Counted from the stretch's first letter, positions 13,911-23,766 are shown. The stretch is DNA of 64,000 nt from Vulcanimicrobiota bacterium (GCA_963795855.1 CAWCIZ010000002.1:64001-128000), one strand, 5' to 3'. Numbers and translations: made by a program. Notes: generated by a model from the letters alone, not told the origin.

Positions 13911-14913
13911 GCGAGAACTGCTTTGCGCGCTCGAAGACCGCCGCCGCGCGGCCCTCTTTCAAGAGCGTGCGAGCCAGTTCGATACCCTCCTTCAGACCGC
14001 GTGTGCGTTTGCACACCGTGAACACCAACCCGGCATTGAGCGCGACGACGTCGGCGCTCGGCGATTCTTCACCGGACAGAATACGTTCGAAAGCGGTTCG
14101 GCAAGCTTCGACGGAACCGCCGCGGATTTGCTCGAGCGGCACTCGGATGCCGTAGGCCTCCGGTTCCAGGGTCCAGCGTCTACTCTCGCCCTCGTCGAAC
14201 GTGTACACGGTGGTCGGCCCTTCGCCGCCGACCTCGTCGATACCGCTGGACGCGTGGACCACTGCTGCGGCTCGCACGCCGAGTCCCATCAGCACATCGC
14301 CCATCATTTCAAGCAGCTCCGGCCGGGCAACGCCCACCACTTGATGCGTCGCACGCGCGGGATTGGTTAGTGGGCCGAGCACGTTGAAGATCGTACGCAC
14401 GCCGAGCTCCCGGCGCACGGGACCGACAGTTTTCATGGCGGGGTGATAGCGCGGCGCGAACATGAACGTGAATCCCGTATCCGCGAGCATACGGGCGGCG
14501 CGATCCGGATCGACGTCGATCGCCATGCCTTCGGCTTCGAGCACGTCGGCGCTGCCGCAAGCACTGGACGCTGCGCGATTCCCGTGTTTGGCAACCGGCG
14601 TACCGGAAGCAGCGACGACCAGAGCGGCAATCGTGGAGATGTTTATGGTGTTTGCGCCGTCGCCGCCCGTTCCGACGACGTCCACGACCATCGGCAAGGC
14701 GTGTTCCACATGCAGGCTGCGCTCGCGCATCGCGCGAGCCGCACCGATCACTTCCTCGGTCTTTTCGCCGCTCACCGCGAGCGCAGTGAGCAGTCCTGCG
14801 GACTGCACCGCCGTAAAAGAACCGTCCATGATCGCACCGATCATGGACGCAGCTTCCTGTTGCGTGAGATGTTCGCCGGCGATCAACCGGCGAAGCAAAG
14901 GGGCGTACTCCAT
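13903..14913 (-). CDS. trpD: Anthranilate phosphoribosyltransferase
   Basis: DVVGTGGDG, NISTI, KHGNRAASSACGSADVLE. Confidence 0.96.
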   Translation of the reverse strand: MEYAPLLRRLIAGEHLTQQEAASMIGAIMDGSFTAVQSAGLLTALAVSGEKTEEVIGAARAMRERSLHVEHALPMVVDVVGTGGDGANTINISTIAALVVAASGTPVAKHGNRAASSACGSADVLEAEGMAIDVDPDRAARMLADTGFTFMFAPRYHPAMKTVGPVRRELGVRTIFNVLGPLTNPARATHQVVGVARPELLEMMGDVLMGLGVRAAAVVHASSGIDEVGGEGPTTVYTFDEGESRRWTLEPEAYGIRVPLEQIRGGSVEACRTAFERILSGEESPSADVVALNAGLVFTVCKRTRGLKEGIELARTLLKEGRAAAVFERAKQFSHG

Positions 14914-14929
14914 TACGAAGTACGCCCCT
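14899..14929 (-). promoter_or_regulatory. 11-bp perfect hairpin covering the trpD ribosome binding site and first codons
   Basis: AGGGGCGTACT-9 nt loop containing the ATG-AGTACGCCCCT. Confidence 0.6.
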
Positions 14930-14941
14930 AAGCTGCGCTCA

Positions 14942-15295
14942 TTATCGAACGAGCTCGAGCAGCGAGAGTTCGGCGGCGTCGCCCGAACGAACGCGCGTCT
15001 TCGTGATGCGCGTATAACCGCCGGTGCGCTCCTTGAGCGCGGGAGCGATTTGCTCGACGAGTTTCTTCACCACGGCGGGCTCGGTGATGTACTCGGCAAT
15101 CAGGCGGCGGGAATGCAGATCGCCGCGAGACGCCTGCGTGATGAGGCGCTCCACGACGCGGCTAACTTCCTTGGCTTTCGTCGACGTCGTTTCGATTTTC
15201 TCGTGTTTGAAAAACGAGGTCGCCAAATTGCGCAGCAGCGCTTTCCGGTGTCCGTCGGTTCGCGAGAGTCTCTTATAGGCGATTTGATGCGGCAT
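14942..15295 (-). CDS. rplQ: 50S ribosomal protein L17
   Basis: HRKALLRNLATS, RTGGYTRI, GDAAELS. Confidence 0.97.
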   Translation of the reverse strand: MPHQIAYKRLSRTDGHRKALLRNLATSFFKHEKIETTSTKAKEVSRVVERLITQASRGDLHSRRLIAEYITEPAVVKKLVEQIAPALKERTGGYTRITKTRVRSGDAAELSLLELVR

Positions 15296-15310
15296 TTGTT
15301 TTCCTTTTTA

Positions 15311-15783
15311 AAGGCGCTCCGGCCTAGCCTGCGCGCCCCCCGCTCAGCGGGGCCCCCAAAATACGGCGCGCATAAACTTGCTACTAACGTGCACCCTCCC
15401 CGAGGGCGCGCCCGATTTTTATTTCTTTATTTCAAGGCGCTCCGGCCTAGCCTGCGCGCCCCCCGCTCAGCGGGGCCCCCAAAATACGGCGCGCATAAAC
15501 TTGCTACTAACGTGCACCCTCCCCGAGGGCGCGCCCGATTTTTATTTCTTTATTTCAAGGCGCTCCGGCCTAGCCTGCGCGCCCCCCGCTCAGCGGGGCC
15601 CCCAAAATACGGCGCGCATAAACTTGCTACTAACGTGCACCCTCCCCGAGGGCGCGCCCGATTTTATGTCTTTATTTCAAGGCGCTCCGGCCTAGCCTGC
15701 GCGCCCCCCGCTCAGCGGGGCCCCCAAAATACGGCGCGCATAAACTTGCTACTAACGTGCACCCTCCCCGAGGGCGCGCCCGA
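15311..15783. repeat. Tandem array of four ~123-bp GC-rich palindromic units between rpoA and rplQ
   Basis: Units start at 15311, 15434, 15557 and 15679. The ~105-bp cores are identical and the linkers are short and AT-rich. Confidence 0.95.
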
Positions 15784-16710
15784 TCAGGATTGGCGCAACG
15801 AGAGCCCGCGCTCTTCCAGCACTTGCTTGATCTCGTCCAGCGACTTCTTGCCGAAGTTGCGCATCTTGATGATTTCGTCTTCGCTCATGTCGAGCAGTTC
15901 CGAAACCTTCGAAATTCCCGCGCGTTTGAGGCAGTTGAACGAACGCACCGAGAGGTTGAGCGTTTCGACCGGGATGTCCCATTCGCTGGTCGGAGCGGCC
16001 GGGAGCGGCTTCTCCTCATTCGTGAAATTGACGAACAGATCGAGCTGGTCTTGCATGATCGTCGCCGCGGTCGAGAGCGCTTCGTCCGGCGTCACCGAAC
16101 CATTCGTCTCGATCTCGATCGTCAGACGATCGAAGTCGACGTTCTGCCCGACGCGCGTATCGTCGACCGTGAAATTGACCTTGCGGATGGGCGAAAAGAT
16201 CGAATCCAGCGGAATGAGCCCGATCATGTGCTCGACGTTGCGCTGACGGTCGGCCGTAACGTAACCGCGGCCTTTTTCGATGCCCACTTCCATCGACAGT
16301 TTGGCCGTCTTGGCGGAAAGCGTCGCGATGTGATAGTTCGGATCGAGAATTTCCACGTCGGCATCCGGCGCGAAATCGGCGGCCGTGACGTCTTTCGTGC
16401 CGCCGACGCTCAGCATTAGGACTTTCGGTTCGTCGGTGTTCAGTTTCACCGGCAAGCCCTTGAGGTTGAGCATCAGGGCGATCGTGTCTTCAACGATGCC
16501 CGGAATGGTCGAGAACTCGTGCAGCACGCCGTCGATCTTCATATACGTGACGGCTGCGCCCGGAATCGAACTCAGCAGTATGCGGCGCAGCGCGTTGCCG
16601 AGCGTGATGCCGAAGCCGCGCTCGAGCGGCTCGACGACGAATTTCGCGGAGTTATCCCGGCGCTCGCGTACTTCGATGTTCGCGCCTTGAGGGGTGTCAA
16701 GAACGGTCAT
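15784..16710 (-). CDS. rpoA: RNA polymerase alpha subunit
   Basis: EPLERGFGITLGNALRRILLSS, LSVRSFNCLKRAGI, NFGKKSLDEI. Confidence 0.97.
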   Translation of the reverse strand: MTVLDTPQGANIEVRERRDNSAKFVVEPLERGFGITLGNALRRILLSSIPGAAVTYMKIDGVLHEFSTIPGIVEDTIALMLNLKGLPVKLNTDEPKVLMLSVGGTKDVTAADFAPDADVEILDPNYHIATLSAKTAKLSMEVGIEKGRGYVTADRQRNVEHMIGLIPLDSIFSPIRKVNFTVDDTRVGQNVDFDRLTIEIETNGSVTPDEALSTAATIMQDQLDLFVNFTNEEKPLPAAPTSEWDIPVETLNLSVRSFNCLKRAGISKVSELLDMSEDEIIKMRNFGKKSLDEIKQVLEERGLSLRQS

Positions 16711-16815
16711 GGCTTGTCTTTGGTCCTTTGTGCTCCTTACGTTATCCGCAACGGCCACCGGCCGGTCACGATCGTACGCCTAGGAGCGGCGTGTGGTTTT
16801 GTTTCGCTTTCTCGC

Positions 16816-17473
16816 TTAACGAGAGTAGTATTCGACGATCAGCTGTTCGTCTACAGGCGTGTCGATCTGCTCCCGGCTGGGAAGCTGCACGATCTTCGCG
16901 GATTGATCGCCCTCGTTCCACTCCAGCCATTCGGGTGCGCGGCGGTTTTTCGCGACCTCGAAGTTTGCTTCGAAAACCGGTGACTTCTTACTGCGCTCGC
17001 CGATGCTGACGACGTCCCCGGCTTTGACGATGAACGACGGGATGTTCACCAGTTTGCCGTTGACGCGGAAGTGACGGTGCGTGACCAGCTGACGCGCCTG
17101 CGCGCGGCTGCTCGCCAGATTCAGGCGATAGACGACGTTGTCGAGACGGCGCTCGAGCAGACTGCAGAAACGTCTTGCCGGTTTGGCCCGGAACGCGGGC
17201 CGCTTCACGGAAATAGTTCTCGAACTGCGTTTCGTGCACGCCGTAATAGCGGCGCATCTTCTGCTTTTCGCGCAGCTGGCGGCCGTACTCGGAGATCTTC
17301 TGACGCTGTTTGCCTTGCGTCTTCTGGCCCGGCGCGGTGCCCCGGCGTTCGACGGCGCACTTTTTGCTCAGGCAGCGATCGCCTTTGAGAAACAGTTTGA
17401 TTTTTTCGCCGGTCTTGCTTGCGGCGGTTTCGCGACGGCAGAGACGGCAAACTGGTCCAATATAACGTGACAT
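16816..17473 (-). CDS. rpsD: 30S ribosomal protein S4; single frameshift near 17160
   Basis: [48 protein letters not shown]. Confidence 0.95.
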
Positions 17474-17493
17474 GTACTCTCTCTAAACTCCCA

Positions 17494-17889
17494 TCAGACG
17501 CGGCGCCGTTTTGGCGGACGGCAGCCGTTGTGCGGGATGGGCGTTACGTCTTTTATGAGTGTGATTTCCAAACCGGCGGCCTGCAGCGAACGAATAGCGG
17601 CTTCGCGGCCGGCACCCGGCCCTTTGACCAGAACTTCCGTCGACTTCATGCCGTGCTCCATCGCTTTGCGCGCAACCGCTTCCGCGGCCATCTGAGCGGC
17701 GAACGGCGTGGACTTTTTCGAACCTTTGAATCCGAGATTGCCCGCCGATGCCCACGCGATGACGTTGCCGAGGTTGTCCGACATCGTCACGATGGTGTTG
17801 TTGAACGACGCATGAATGTGCGCGACGCCCGATTGAACGTTCTTGAACTCACGCTTTTTGCGCGACTTCACTTGCTTCTTCGCTGCCAA
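17494..17889 (-). CDS. rpsK: 30S ribosomal protein S11
   Basis: [43 protein letters not shown] start after GGAG. Confidence 0.96.
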   Translation of the reverse strand: MAAKKQVKSRKKREFKNVQSGVAHIHASFNNTIVTMSDNLGNVIAWASAGNLGFKGSKKSTPFAAQMAAEAVARKAMEHGMKSTEVLVKGPGAGREAAIRSLQAAGLEITLIKDVTPIPHNGCRPPKRRRV

Positions 17890-18076
17890 GATTGCTCCGG
17901 AACCGTCCCGTCGGGGACGGCGCTGCATGGTTTATCCTGTCCGCTCAACGAGAGCGGTGTCGTCGCCTCGACCCTTGACGGATCTCGTACGGGCCCGCGG
18001 CGAAGGGGCTCCGGCCCCGTGGTGCGGCTAAAGCACCTCGAAGCGCGCCAGGAGAGAGGTCCGGCGCCAAGGGGTT

Positions 18077-18105
18077 ATTTTACAGGGAACCGCGCGCGAG
18101 TGCAA
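18077..18105 (-). promoter_or_regulatory. sigma70-type promoter for rpsK-rpsD-rpoA-rplQ
   Basis: TTGCAC-17 nt-TAAAAT, just downstream of a terminator. Confidence 0.65.
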
Positions 18106-18145
18106 GCGCCATAGGCGGGCGCGCCGCCGCAGCAGGCAAGCAACC

Positions 18146-18180
18146 AAAAAGAGACGGCCGCGTCGCCGCAGCCGTCTCTT
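18146..18180 (-). terminator. Intrinsic terminator
   Basis: AAGAGACGGC...GCCGTCTCTTTTT hairpin with U-tract after the 18199 stop. Confidence 0.8.
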
Positions 18181-18198
18181 CCCTCAAGCGGGTGACCG

Positions 18199-19668
18199 CT
18201 AGAAGTGGATGCCCAGCCCGATGTACGGACCGCTGTGCGTGAAGTCAACGGGGGCGTTGGTCTTGTTGCGGCCGTCGTCGCCCAAATACCCGAAGTCGAG
18301 GAACACGGGTACCGAGCTGCCGCCGAGATTGACCGTTGCGCCGACCTGATATTTCAGGAGGCGATATGCCAGATCGAACGGCCCGGTCGGGCAAACGTCC
18401 GTGCCGCACGTACCGCGCACGCTCGGGTAGTAATACGCGCTGCCGTACAGCGAGAACGTTTGATTGAGATCCGGAAGTTTTTCGAGTCCGAATCCAACGC
18501 CGTTCTGACGCGGATATCCGTAGTTCGTCGTGCGCCAGAGATAACCGACGCCGATGAAAATGTGCGGATCGGCGACCTTCAGGCCGAGACGCGCATCGAC
18601 GTCCGTGTCCTTGGCGGTGAATGCGGGCACGTAGACCTGCCCTTGACCGCCGATTATGGTGACGAGGCACTGCGGATCGATAGGAACGCTGCCGACTGCC
18701 GTTCCGCAATTATGCGGATACTGATACTGCCGGAAATCGCCGGCAATCATCCAAGGCAGGTTGAACAAGTTGAACTCGAACGCACCGCGCGCCGCGAATG
18801 AACCGCTGTTGCCGGTGTTGCCCGGGCTGAACTCATTGTAGACCTTGGGTTTGATGATGTAGTCGCCCGCGATGAATCGATCTTGATACGGCGTTGCGGC
18901 CGGTACGGGCGTCGGTGCCGTTGTCGGCGCAGGTGCAGGTGCCGGCGGCGGAGTGCTCGGCGGCGGAGGCGGCGTCGGCGCAACGTAACGCACGACGACG
19001 ACGCGCTTGTCGGGCACCCATTGCACGTATGCGCCCATGCCTTCGGAGATCACGCGAACCGGAACGAGAATCTGACCTTGATACATCATCGGCGGCACGT
19101 CGAGCGGACGCGTTTCGCCGTTGATCGTAACTTCCGGCCGGCCGACCGTGACTTTTACGTCGGAGCCGGGTTTGGTTACGTCGACCGATTTGCTCGCCGG
19201 ATCGTATGAAACCGTTGCGCCCATTTGTTCGAACATCGAACGCAAAGGCACGAGGATCGTACCGCCGCGCACGAGCGCAGCCAGAACGCGTCCTTGTTTG
19301 AGAACGTCGGGTTTCGAATAGACGTGGTGATCGTTGAAAAGAATTGGAATTTCGCCCGACGGCGGTGAGCCGAATTGCATTGGCGGCACATTTGCCGCGG
19401 GCGGGGTCGTAGTCGTCGGTGCCGGCGAAGCCGCGGGCGCCATTGATGCGCCGGGTGAGGCCGCGGGCGTCGTCGTCGCGCCGGGCGAGGCCATCGGCGT
19501 TGCAGCGGGAGACGCTGCAGCCGACGGCGAGGGTGCCGGCGTGGCTTGCGCAATCACGTTGTGTCCGATGTTTCCACGCGTTGCATGGCTCGACGGAGCT
19601 GCGACCGCGGTGAGTCCCATGCTCGCTACGATCAGCGCGCTTAGAACTCCGGTGCTCAGTCGTTTCAA
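18199..19668 (-). CDS. Secreted protein: copper amine oxidase N-terminal-like (stalk) domain, Pro/Ala/Thr linkers, putative C-terminal beta-barrel
   Basis: Signal peptide; LVPLRSMFEQMGATVSYD and LVPVRVISEGMGAYVQW repeats; alternating aromatic strands ending YIGLGIHF. Confidence 0.75.
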   Translation of the reverse strand: MKRLSTGVLSALIVASMGLTAVAAPSSHATRGNIGHNVIAQATPAPSPSAAASPAATPMASPGATTTPAASPGASMAPAASPAPTTTTPPAANVPPMQFGSPPSGEIPILFNDHHVYSKPDVLKQGRVLAALVRGGTILVPLRSMFEQMGATVSYDPASKSVDVTKPGSDVKVTVGRPEVTINGETRPLDVPPMMYQGQILVPVRVISEGMGAYVQWVPDKRVVVVRYVAPTPPPPPSTPPPAPAPAPTTAPTPVPAATPYQDRFIAGDYIIKPKVYNEFSPGNTGNSGSFAARGAFEFNLFNLPWMIAGDFRQYQYPHNCGTAVGSVPIDPQCLVTIIGGQGQVYVPAFTAKDTDVDARLGLKVADPHIFIGVGYLWRTTNYGYPRQNGVGFGLEKLPDLNQTFSLYGSAYYYPSVRGTCGTDVCPTGPFDLAYRLLKYQVGATVNLGGSSVPVFLDFGYLGDDGRNKTNAPVDFTHSGPYIGLGIHF

Positions 19669-19802
19669 TGTAGCCTCCCTAATCGTTTGTTTTATGCGGA
19701 GGCCGGCTCAGTCAGCTCTGGCGGCGTGGGCAATCACACCTTCGGCCTCCAAGCTGTTTAAACGAACGAGGGCGAGTTCGAGGTTCCCCCTGCCCGACAG
19801 CC

Positions 19803-21011
19803 CTAGGGAATATTCCCAGATGAGTTGTTTTCAACCGAAGCCGGCGCTGCAGGCAAGCGCCAAATCCATGCGATGCCGCAAAGCACTTCCAGACCCGCGA
19901 TGACGAATGCTATTCGCGCCGCGTGGGCGCTCTCCAGTGCGTGCATTCGTGCCAGCACCGCATTGGCAATCAGCGGCGCCGCGATCTGCGGCAGCAGCAA
20001 CGCGAGGTTCCAGACCCCCATGGCCGTGGCCAGCGCGAAACGCGGCAGCAGGTGACATCCGAGCGCCCAATCGCCGCTCAAGAACACGCCCCACGCGACG
20101 CCGGCGAGCAACGCACTGCAGATTACGGCGAAGAGCGTGTGCGAGAACAGAAATGCCGCGAGCGCCGCGACGAACGCCAATGCGCCCGCTGCGGCGACCG
20201 CGCGGCGATCGAAGTGGTCCGCGGGGCGTGCCGCCAGTGCGGCTCCGAGCGCGCCGCTGGCAGTGACGGCGAGAATGATTTCGCCGGTAACCAACTTCGT
20301 ATCTCCGGCGAACGTGCCGCGTACGTAAAAGAACACGTACCCCAGCAGCGTGTAAAATCCGAGAAAGACGAGCGAGCGCGACACGAAGAGATCGATGAAC
20401 GCGCGGCTGATGCGCAGCGATTGCGCGTGAATCGGCTCGAGCGGAAGATTACGCACGTGCAGCACCGTAATCGCGCACGACGCCAGCAATGCGCCGGCGA
20501 TTGCAGCTGCGACGACACGCGCTTGAGAGGTGAGCGCCGCCACAACGGCGCCGCATGCGTTGCCCACGCTTTGCAGTGCGGCCATCCATGACGACGCCGT
20601 GCCCACTTCGCGTCTCGGAACGAAATCCGGAATGATCGCTTGATACGGCCCGATAGCGAAGTTCATGCTCGCCTGCAGCGCGAGAAGCGCGCAGACGAGC
20701 TGGGTGAAATTCGGCGCGAGATAAAACCACGCGAGCGCAGGACATGCGAGTATCGCGCCTGCGACGTAGAATTCGGTGCGACGGCTGCCGCGTGCGCGCC
20801 GCCGGTCCGCGATGATGCCGACGAGTATTTGCGTGAGGGCGGCGACGGCCGCGCCCGACGATGCAAGCACGCCGTATGCGGCGACCGCATTCACACTTGC
20901 GATCTCGGACGCGCGAGCCTGAAGCGAAACGCCCAGCAACGCGCCCCAGACGACTTGGATGCCGAACCAAAAAGCGCCGAGAAGCGACGGTTTAATCGTG
21001 CCCGGCTGCAT
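19803..21011 (-). CDS. MFS transporter
   Basis: About 12 hydrophobic segments; GIIADRRR and RPADHFDRR loop motifs. Confidence 0.8.
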   Translation of the reverse strand: MQPGTIKPSLLGAFWFGIQVVWGALLGVSLQARASEIASVNAVAAYGVLASSGAAVAALTQILVGIIADRRRARGSRRTEFYVAGAILACPALAWFYLAPNFTQLVCALLALQASMNFAIGPYQAIIPDFVPRREVGTASSWMAALQSVGNACGAVVAALTSQARVVAAAIAGALLASCAITVLHVRNLPLEPIHAQSLRISRAFIDLFVSRSLVFLGFYTLLGYVFFYVRGTFAGDTKLVTGEIILAVTASGALGAALAARPADHFDRRAVAAAGALAFVAALAAFLFSHTLFAVICSALLAGVAWGVFLSGDWALGCHLLPRFALATAMGVWNLALLLPQIAAPLIANAVLARMHALESAHAARIAFVIAGLEVLCGIAWIWRLPAAPASVENNSSGNIP

Positions 21012-21729
21012 ACCGATATTCGGCGAGCGTATCGACGTCGTAAGCGAGTTCCGGCGGCGCGCCGCGTACCGCCGCGGCCGAGATGCCGAGCAACCGGTGC
21101 GCGTGCGCTTCGAGCTGCGAAACGCGCAAGCGGCGTAGGGCAAAACGGATCAGCAATGCGGGACCGGTCAAGCGAGCCATGCGCCAAACATTTTTTCGCG
21201 CGTCGAAAAAACGCGTCGCGAACCGCTCGATTCGCTCGTGCGCTCCCGGCGGTATTGCGAAAGCGCCGCCGTTTACCACACGCTCTCCGCCGAGCGTTAC
21301 GCCGAACGGCGGCGCGCCCGGAAATCGCGCAATGAAATCGGCGTACTCGGTGAGCGGCAGAGCGAGCGTTTCCGCCGGCACCGCATCGAGAAAAAGCCGA
21401 ATGGCGCGCGCCGTAACGAACGGCATATCGCTGGTGAGGTACAGCAGCGGTGCGTTGGAATCCCAAGCACGAAGCGCCCGGCGCAGATTTTCGGCGCCGC
21501 CGGCACTTTCTTCCACGACTTTTTCGACACAGTCTTCGCAGGCCGCGCGCACCTGCGCACCACCGACGACGGCGATGCGATCGATCCCGGCGCCGCGCAG
21601 CGCTTCAATCGTGATGTGCAGAAACGTCGTGCCGCCGAACGGCGCGAGCGCTTTTACCGGGGTCCCAAGCGCGCTCGCGAACTCGGCGTCGACCCGTCCG
21701 CCGGCCGTGATGACCGCATGGTAGCTCAC
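20992..21729 (-). CDS. MobA-like nucleotidyltransferase (NTP transferase domain)
   Basis: AVITAGG, KALAPFGG, LYLTSDMPF, YDVDT motifs. Confidence 0.8.
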   Translation of the reverse strand: MSYHAVITAGGRVDAEFASALGTPVKALAPFGGTTFLHITIEALRGAGIDRIAVVGGAQVRAACEDCVEKVVEESAGGAENLRRALRAWDSNAPLLYLTSDMPFVTARAIRLFLDAVPAETLALPLTEYADFIARFPGAPPFGVTLGGERVVNGGAFAIPPGAHERIERFATRFFDARKNVWRMARLTGPALLIRFALRRLRVSQLEAHAHRLLGISAAAVRGAPPELAYDVDTLAEYRYAAGHD

Positions 21730-22562
21730 GCACGCTGCTTTGCACCGACTTTTGCGACAACCTTTTCGGCGTTCTTGCCGAAGCGGGTCCGCAGCATGGC
21801 GCCGAGCATCTCGGCGTTATCCGCCGCCTGGCCTCGCCGGTGGTTGTTGAAGAATGCCAGCGTTTCTTTTACCTCGGCGTCGACGTCGATGAGGCGGTCC
21901 ACCCAAGGCTCGAGTTCTTCTTTCGAATACAGATACTCGTATCGCGTCGTGTTGTCGCCGCTCCACCACTTCTTGTAGTTGCGGCCGTGAAAGCGGACGT
22001 ATCCGCGTCCGTCGGTGACGTCGGAACTCGGGTGCAGCAGCGCTTTGAACTGCGGCTGATCGACGTTGCACCAGCTGATCCCGAGCTCGTCGAGCAGCTC
22101 GAGCGTTTCGTTCGACTGCCACGCCCGATTTCGAAACTCTGCGACGAGGCACAGGCCTTTCCACGCTTCGCGCAGCCGCCGAAGATAGTCAGCCGTTTTG
22201 TCTGCCGGTTTGAACGAATTCGGAAACTGCATCAGGACCGCCGAGAGTTTGTGCTGCTCGACCAGCGGCTCGACGTTTTCGCTAAAATACTTTACGTCGG
22301 CATGGAGACGCATGCGCGCGTCCGTGGGAAGATGCGTTACGGTTCCCGGCGCCTTCACGCTGAAACGAAAACCTTTAGGCGTGCGTTCCGCCATACCGGC
22401 GAATGTCTTGTCCGAGAAAACGCTGTAATAGGTCGCGTTGATTTCAACACAGGGAAAGCGGCGCGCGTAGTACGCGAGCATGTCGCGCTGCTTGGTACCC
22501 TCCGGGTAGAACGGACCTATCCAGTCATTATACGAGTAGCCGCTGGTGCCGACGTAGATCAT
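21726..22562 (-). CDS. DUF72 family protein
   Basis: [48 protein letters not shown]. Confidence 0.9.
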   Translation of the reverse strand: MIYVGTSGYSYNDWIGPFYPEGTKQRDMLAYYARRFPCVEINATYYSVFSDKTFAGMAERTPKGFRFSVKAPGTVTHLPTDARMRLHADVKYFSENVEPLVEQHKLSAVLMQFPNSFKPADKTADYLRRLREAWKGLCLVAEFRNRAWQSNETLELLDELGISWCNVDQPQFKALLHPSSDVTDGRGYVRFHGRNYKKWWSGDNTTRYEYLYSKEELEPWVDRLIDVDAEVKETLAFFNNHRRGQAADNAEMLGAMLRTRFGKNAEKVVAKVGAKQRA

Positions 22563-23383
22563 CCATCGAACAGCGTACCCTGGGAAGGGCGGGCGCTACG
22601 CTTGGCGCCGAGGAGTTCGCAAAACAATTCGGCGTTCCGCGCCGCATTGCCGCGCGCGTGATTATTGAAGAACGCGTACGTCTGACCGGCTCGTTCCTCC
22701 ATATCGGCCACGCGATTCGTCCACGGCTGCAATTCACGCGCCGTATAGTCGTAGTCATAGCGGGCCGTGTTATCGCCGGTCCACCACTTTTCGGCATTTC
22801 GACCGTGAAATCGCACGTAGCCTATGCCGCAGGAAACGTCCGCGCTCGGCCGCATCAGCGTGTCGTAGCCGGGCATGTCGACGTTGCACCAGCCGACCCC
22901 GAGCTCGCACACCAACTCGAAATATTCCGGCGTCTGCCATTCGCGGTTTCGGAACTCGGCGACCAGAGGCAGCGGTTGCAAAGCCTCGACCGCTGCGCGG
23001 AGATATCGTTCCGTGCGATCGTTGGGTTTAAATGCATTCGGAAATTGCAGCAGCGCGCAGCCGAGTTTACCCGCGGCGCATATCGGAGCCAGGCTTTGAA
23101 CGAACGCCTGCGCGTCGCCGTGAACGCGGCCGAGGCCGGCGTCGGGCGGATGCGAAACGGTTTGAGGAACCTTGAAACAAAAACGAAAGCGCGCGGGGGT
23201 GCGCGCGCTCATTCGAGCCGTCGTGTCCGAGCCGAGGACGCCGTAGTACGACGCATCGACTTCGACCGCGTCGAAACAATTTGCGTAGTACGGCAGCAGT
23301 TCGGTCTGACGGATCGTGCCCGGATAAAAGGGCCCGATCCACTCTTTATACGCGTAGCCGCACGTGCCGACGTAGATTGCTAT
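22559..23383 (-). CDS. DUF72 family protein (paralog)
   Basis: [19 protein letters not shown] is in frame with ORF 22559-23212. The probable start is ATA overlapping the rpsM TAG. Confidence 0.85.
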   Translation of the reverse strand: MAIYVGTCGYAYKEWIGPFYPGTIRQTELLPYYANCFDAVEVDASYYGVLGSDTTARMSARTPARFRFCFKVPQTVSHPPDAGLGRVHGDAQAFVQSLAPICAAGKLGCALLQFPNAFKPNDRTERYLRAAVEALQPLPLVAEFRNREWQTPEYFELVCELGVGWCNVDMPGYDTLMRPSADVSCGIGYVRFHGRNAEKWWTGDNTARYDYDYTARELQPWTNRVADMEERAGQTYAFFNNHARGNAARNAELFCELLGAKRSARPSQGTLFDG

Positions 23384-23766
23384 TTCTTCGCGGCGGCTTT
23401 CTTCTTGTTTCCGACGGTTTTCTTGGGGCCTTTACGCGTGCGCGCATTCGTTTTCGTGCGCTGCCCGCGGACGGGCAAACCACGGCGATGACGGATCCCG
23501 CGATAGCAGCCGATGTCCATCAAGCGTTTGATGTGCGAACTGACTTCACGCCGCAGGTCGCCCTCGACTTTGATGCCCTCAGCGTCGATCGCCTCGCGCA
23601 ACTTCCGCTCGTGGTCCTCGCTCAATTCCTTGACGCGTGTGTCGGGATTCACGCCCGAACGCGCGAGCAATTTTTGCGCCGTCTTCGGCCCAATGCCGTA
23701 GATGTACGTCAAAGCGACTTCGATGCGCTTGTCACGCGGCAGATCGATACCGGCAATACGTGCCAT
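23380..23766 (-). CDS. rpsM: 30S ribosomal protein S13
   Basis: [38 protein letters not shown]. Confidence 0.97.
   Translation of the reverse strand: MARIAGIDLPRDKRIEVALTYIYGIGPKTAQKLLARSGVNPDTRVKELSEDHERKLREAIDAEGIKVEGDLRREVSSHIKRLMDIGCYRGIRHRRGLPVRGQRTKTNARTRKGPKKTVGNKKKAAAKK

Noticed and set aside
15365..15420. HDV-like ribozyme in the repeat (CCC-UCCCCGA-GGG resembles P3/L3)
   Set aside because: It lies on the non-transcribed strand, lacks G at +1, has no convincing P4/J4-2/P2, and P3 is not kept in the 33781 copy.
15311..15783. CRISPR array, or repeat-protein ORFs 14462-16246 and 15378-15695
   Set aside because: Units are ~105 bp with near-identical linkers (no unique spacers) and there are no cas genes. 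The ORFs arise because 123 is divisible by 3, and they lie antisense to the operon.
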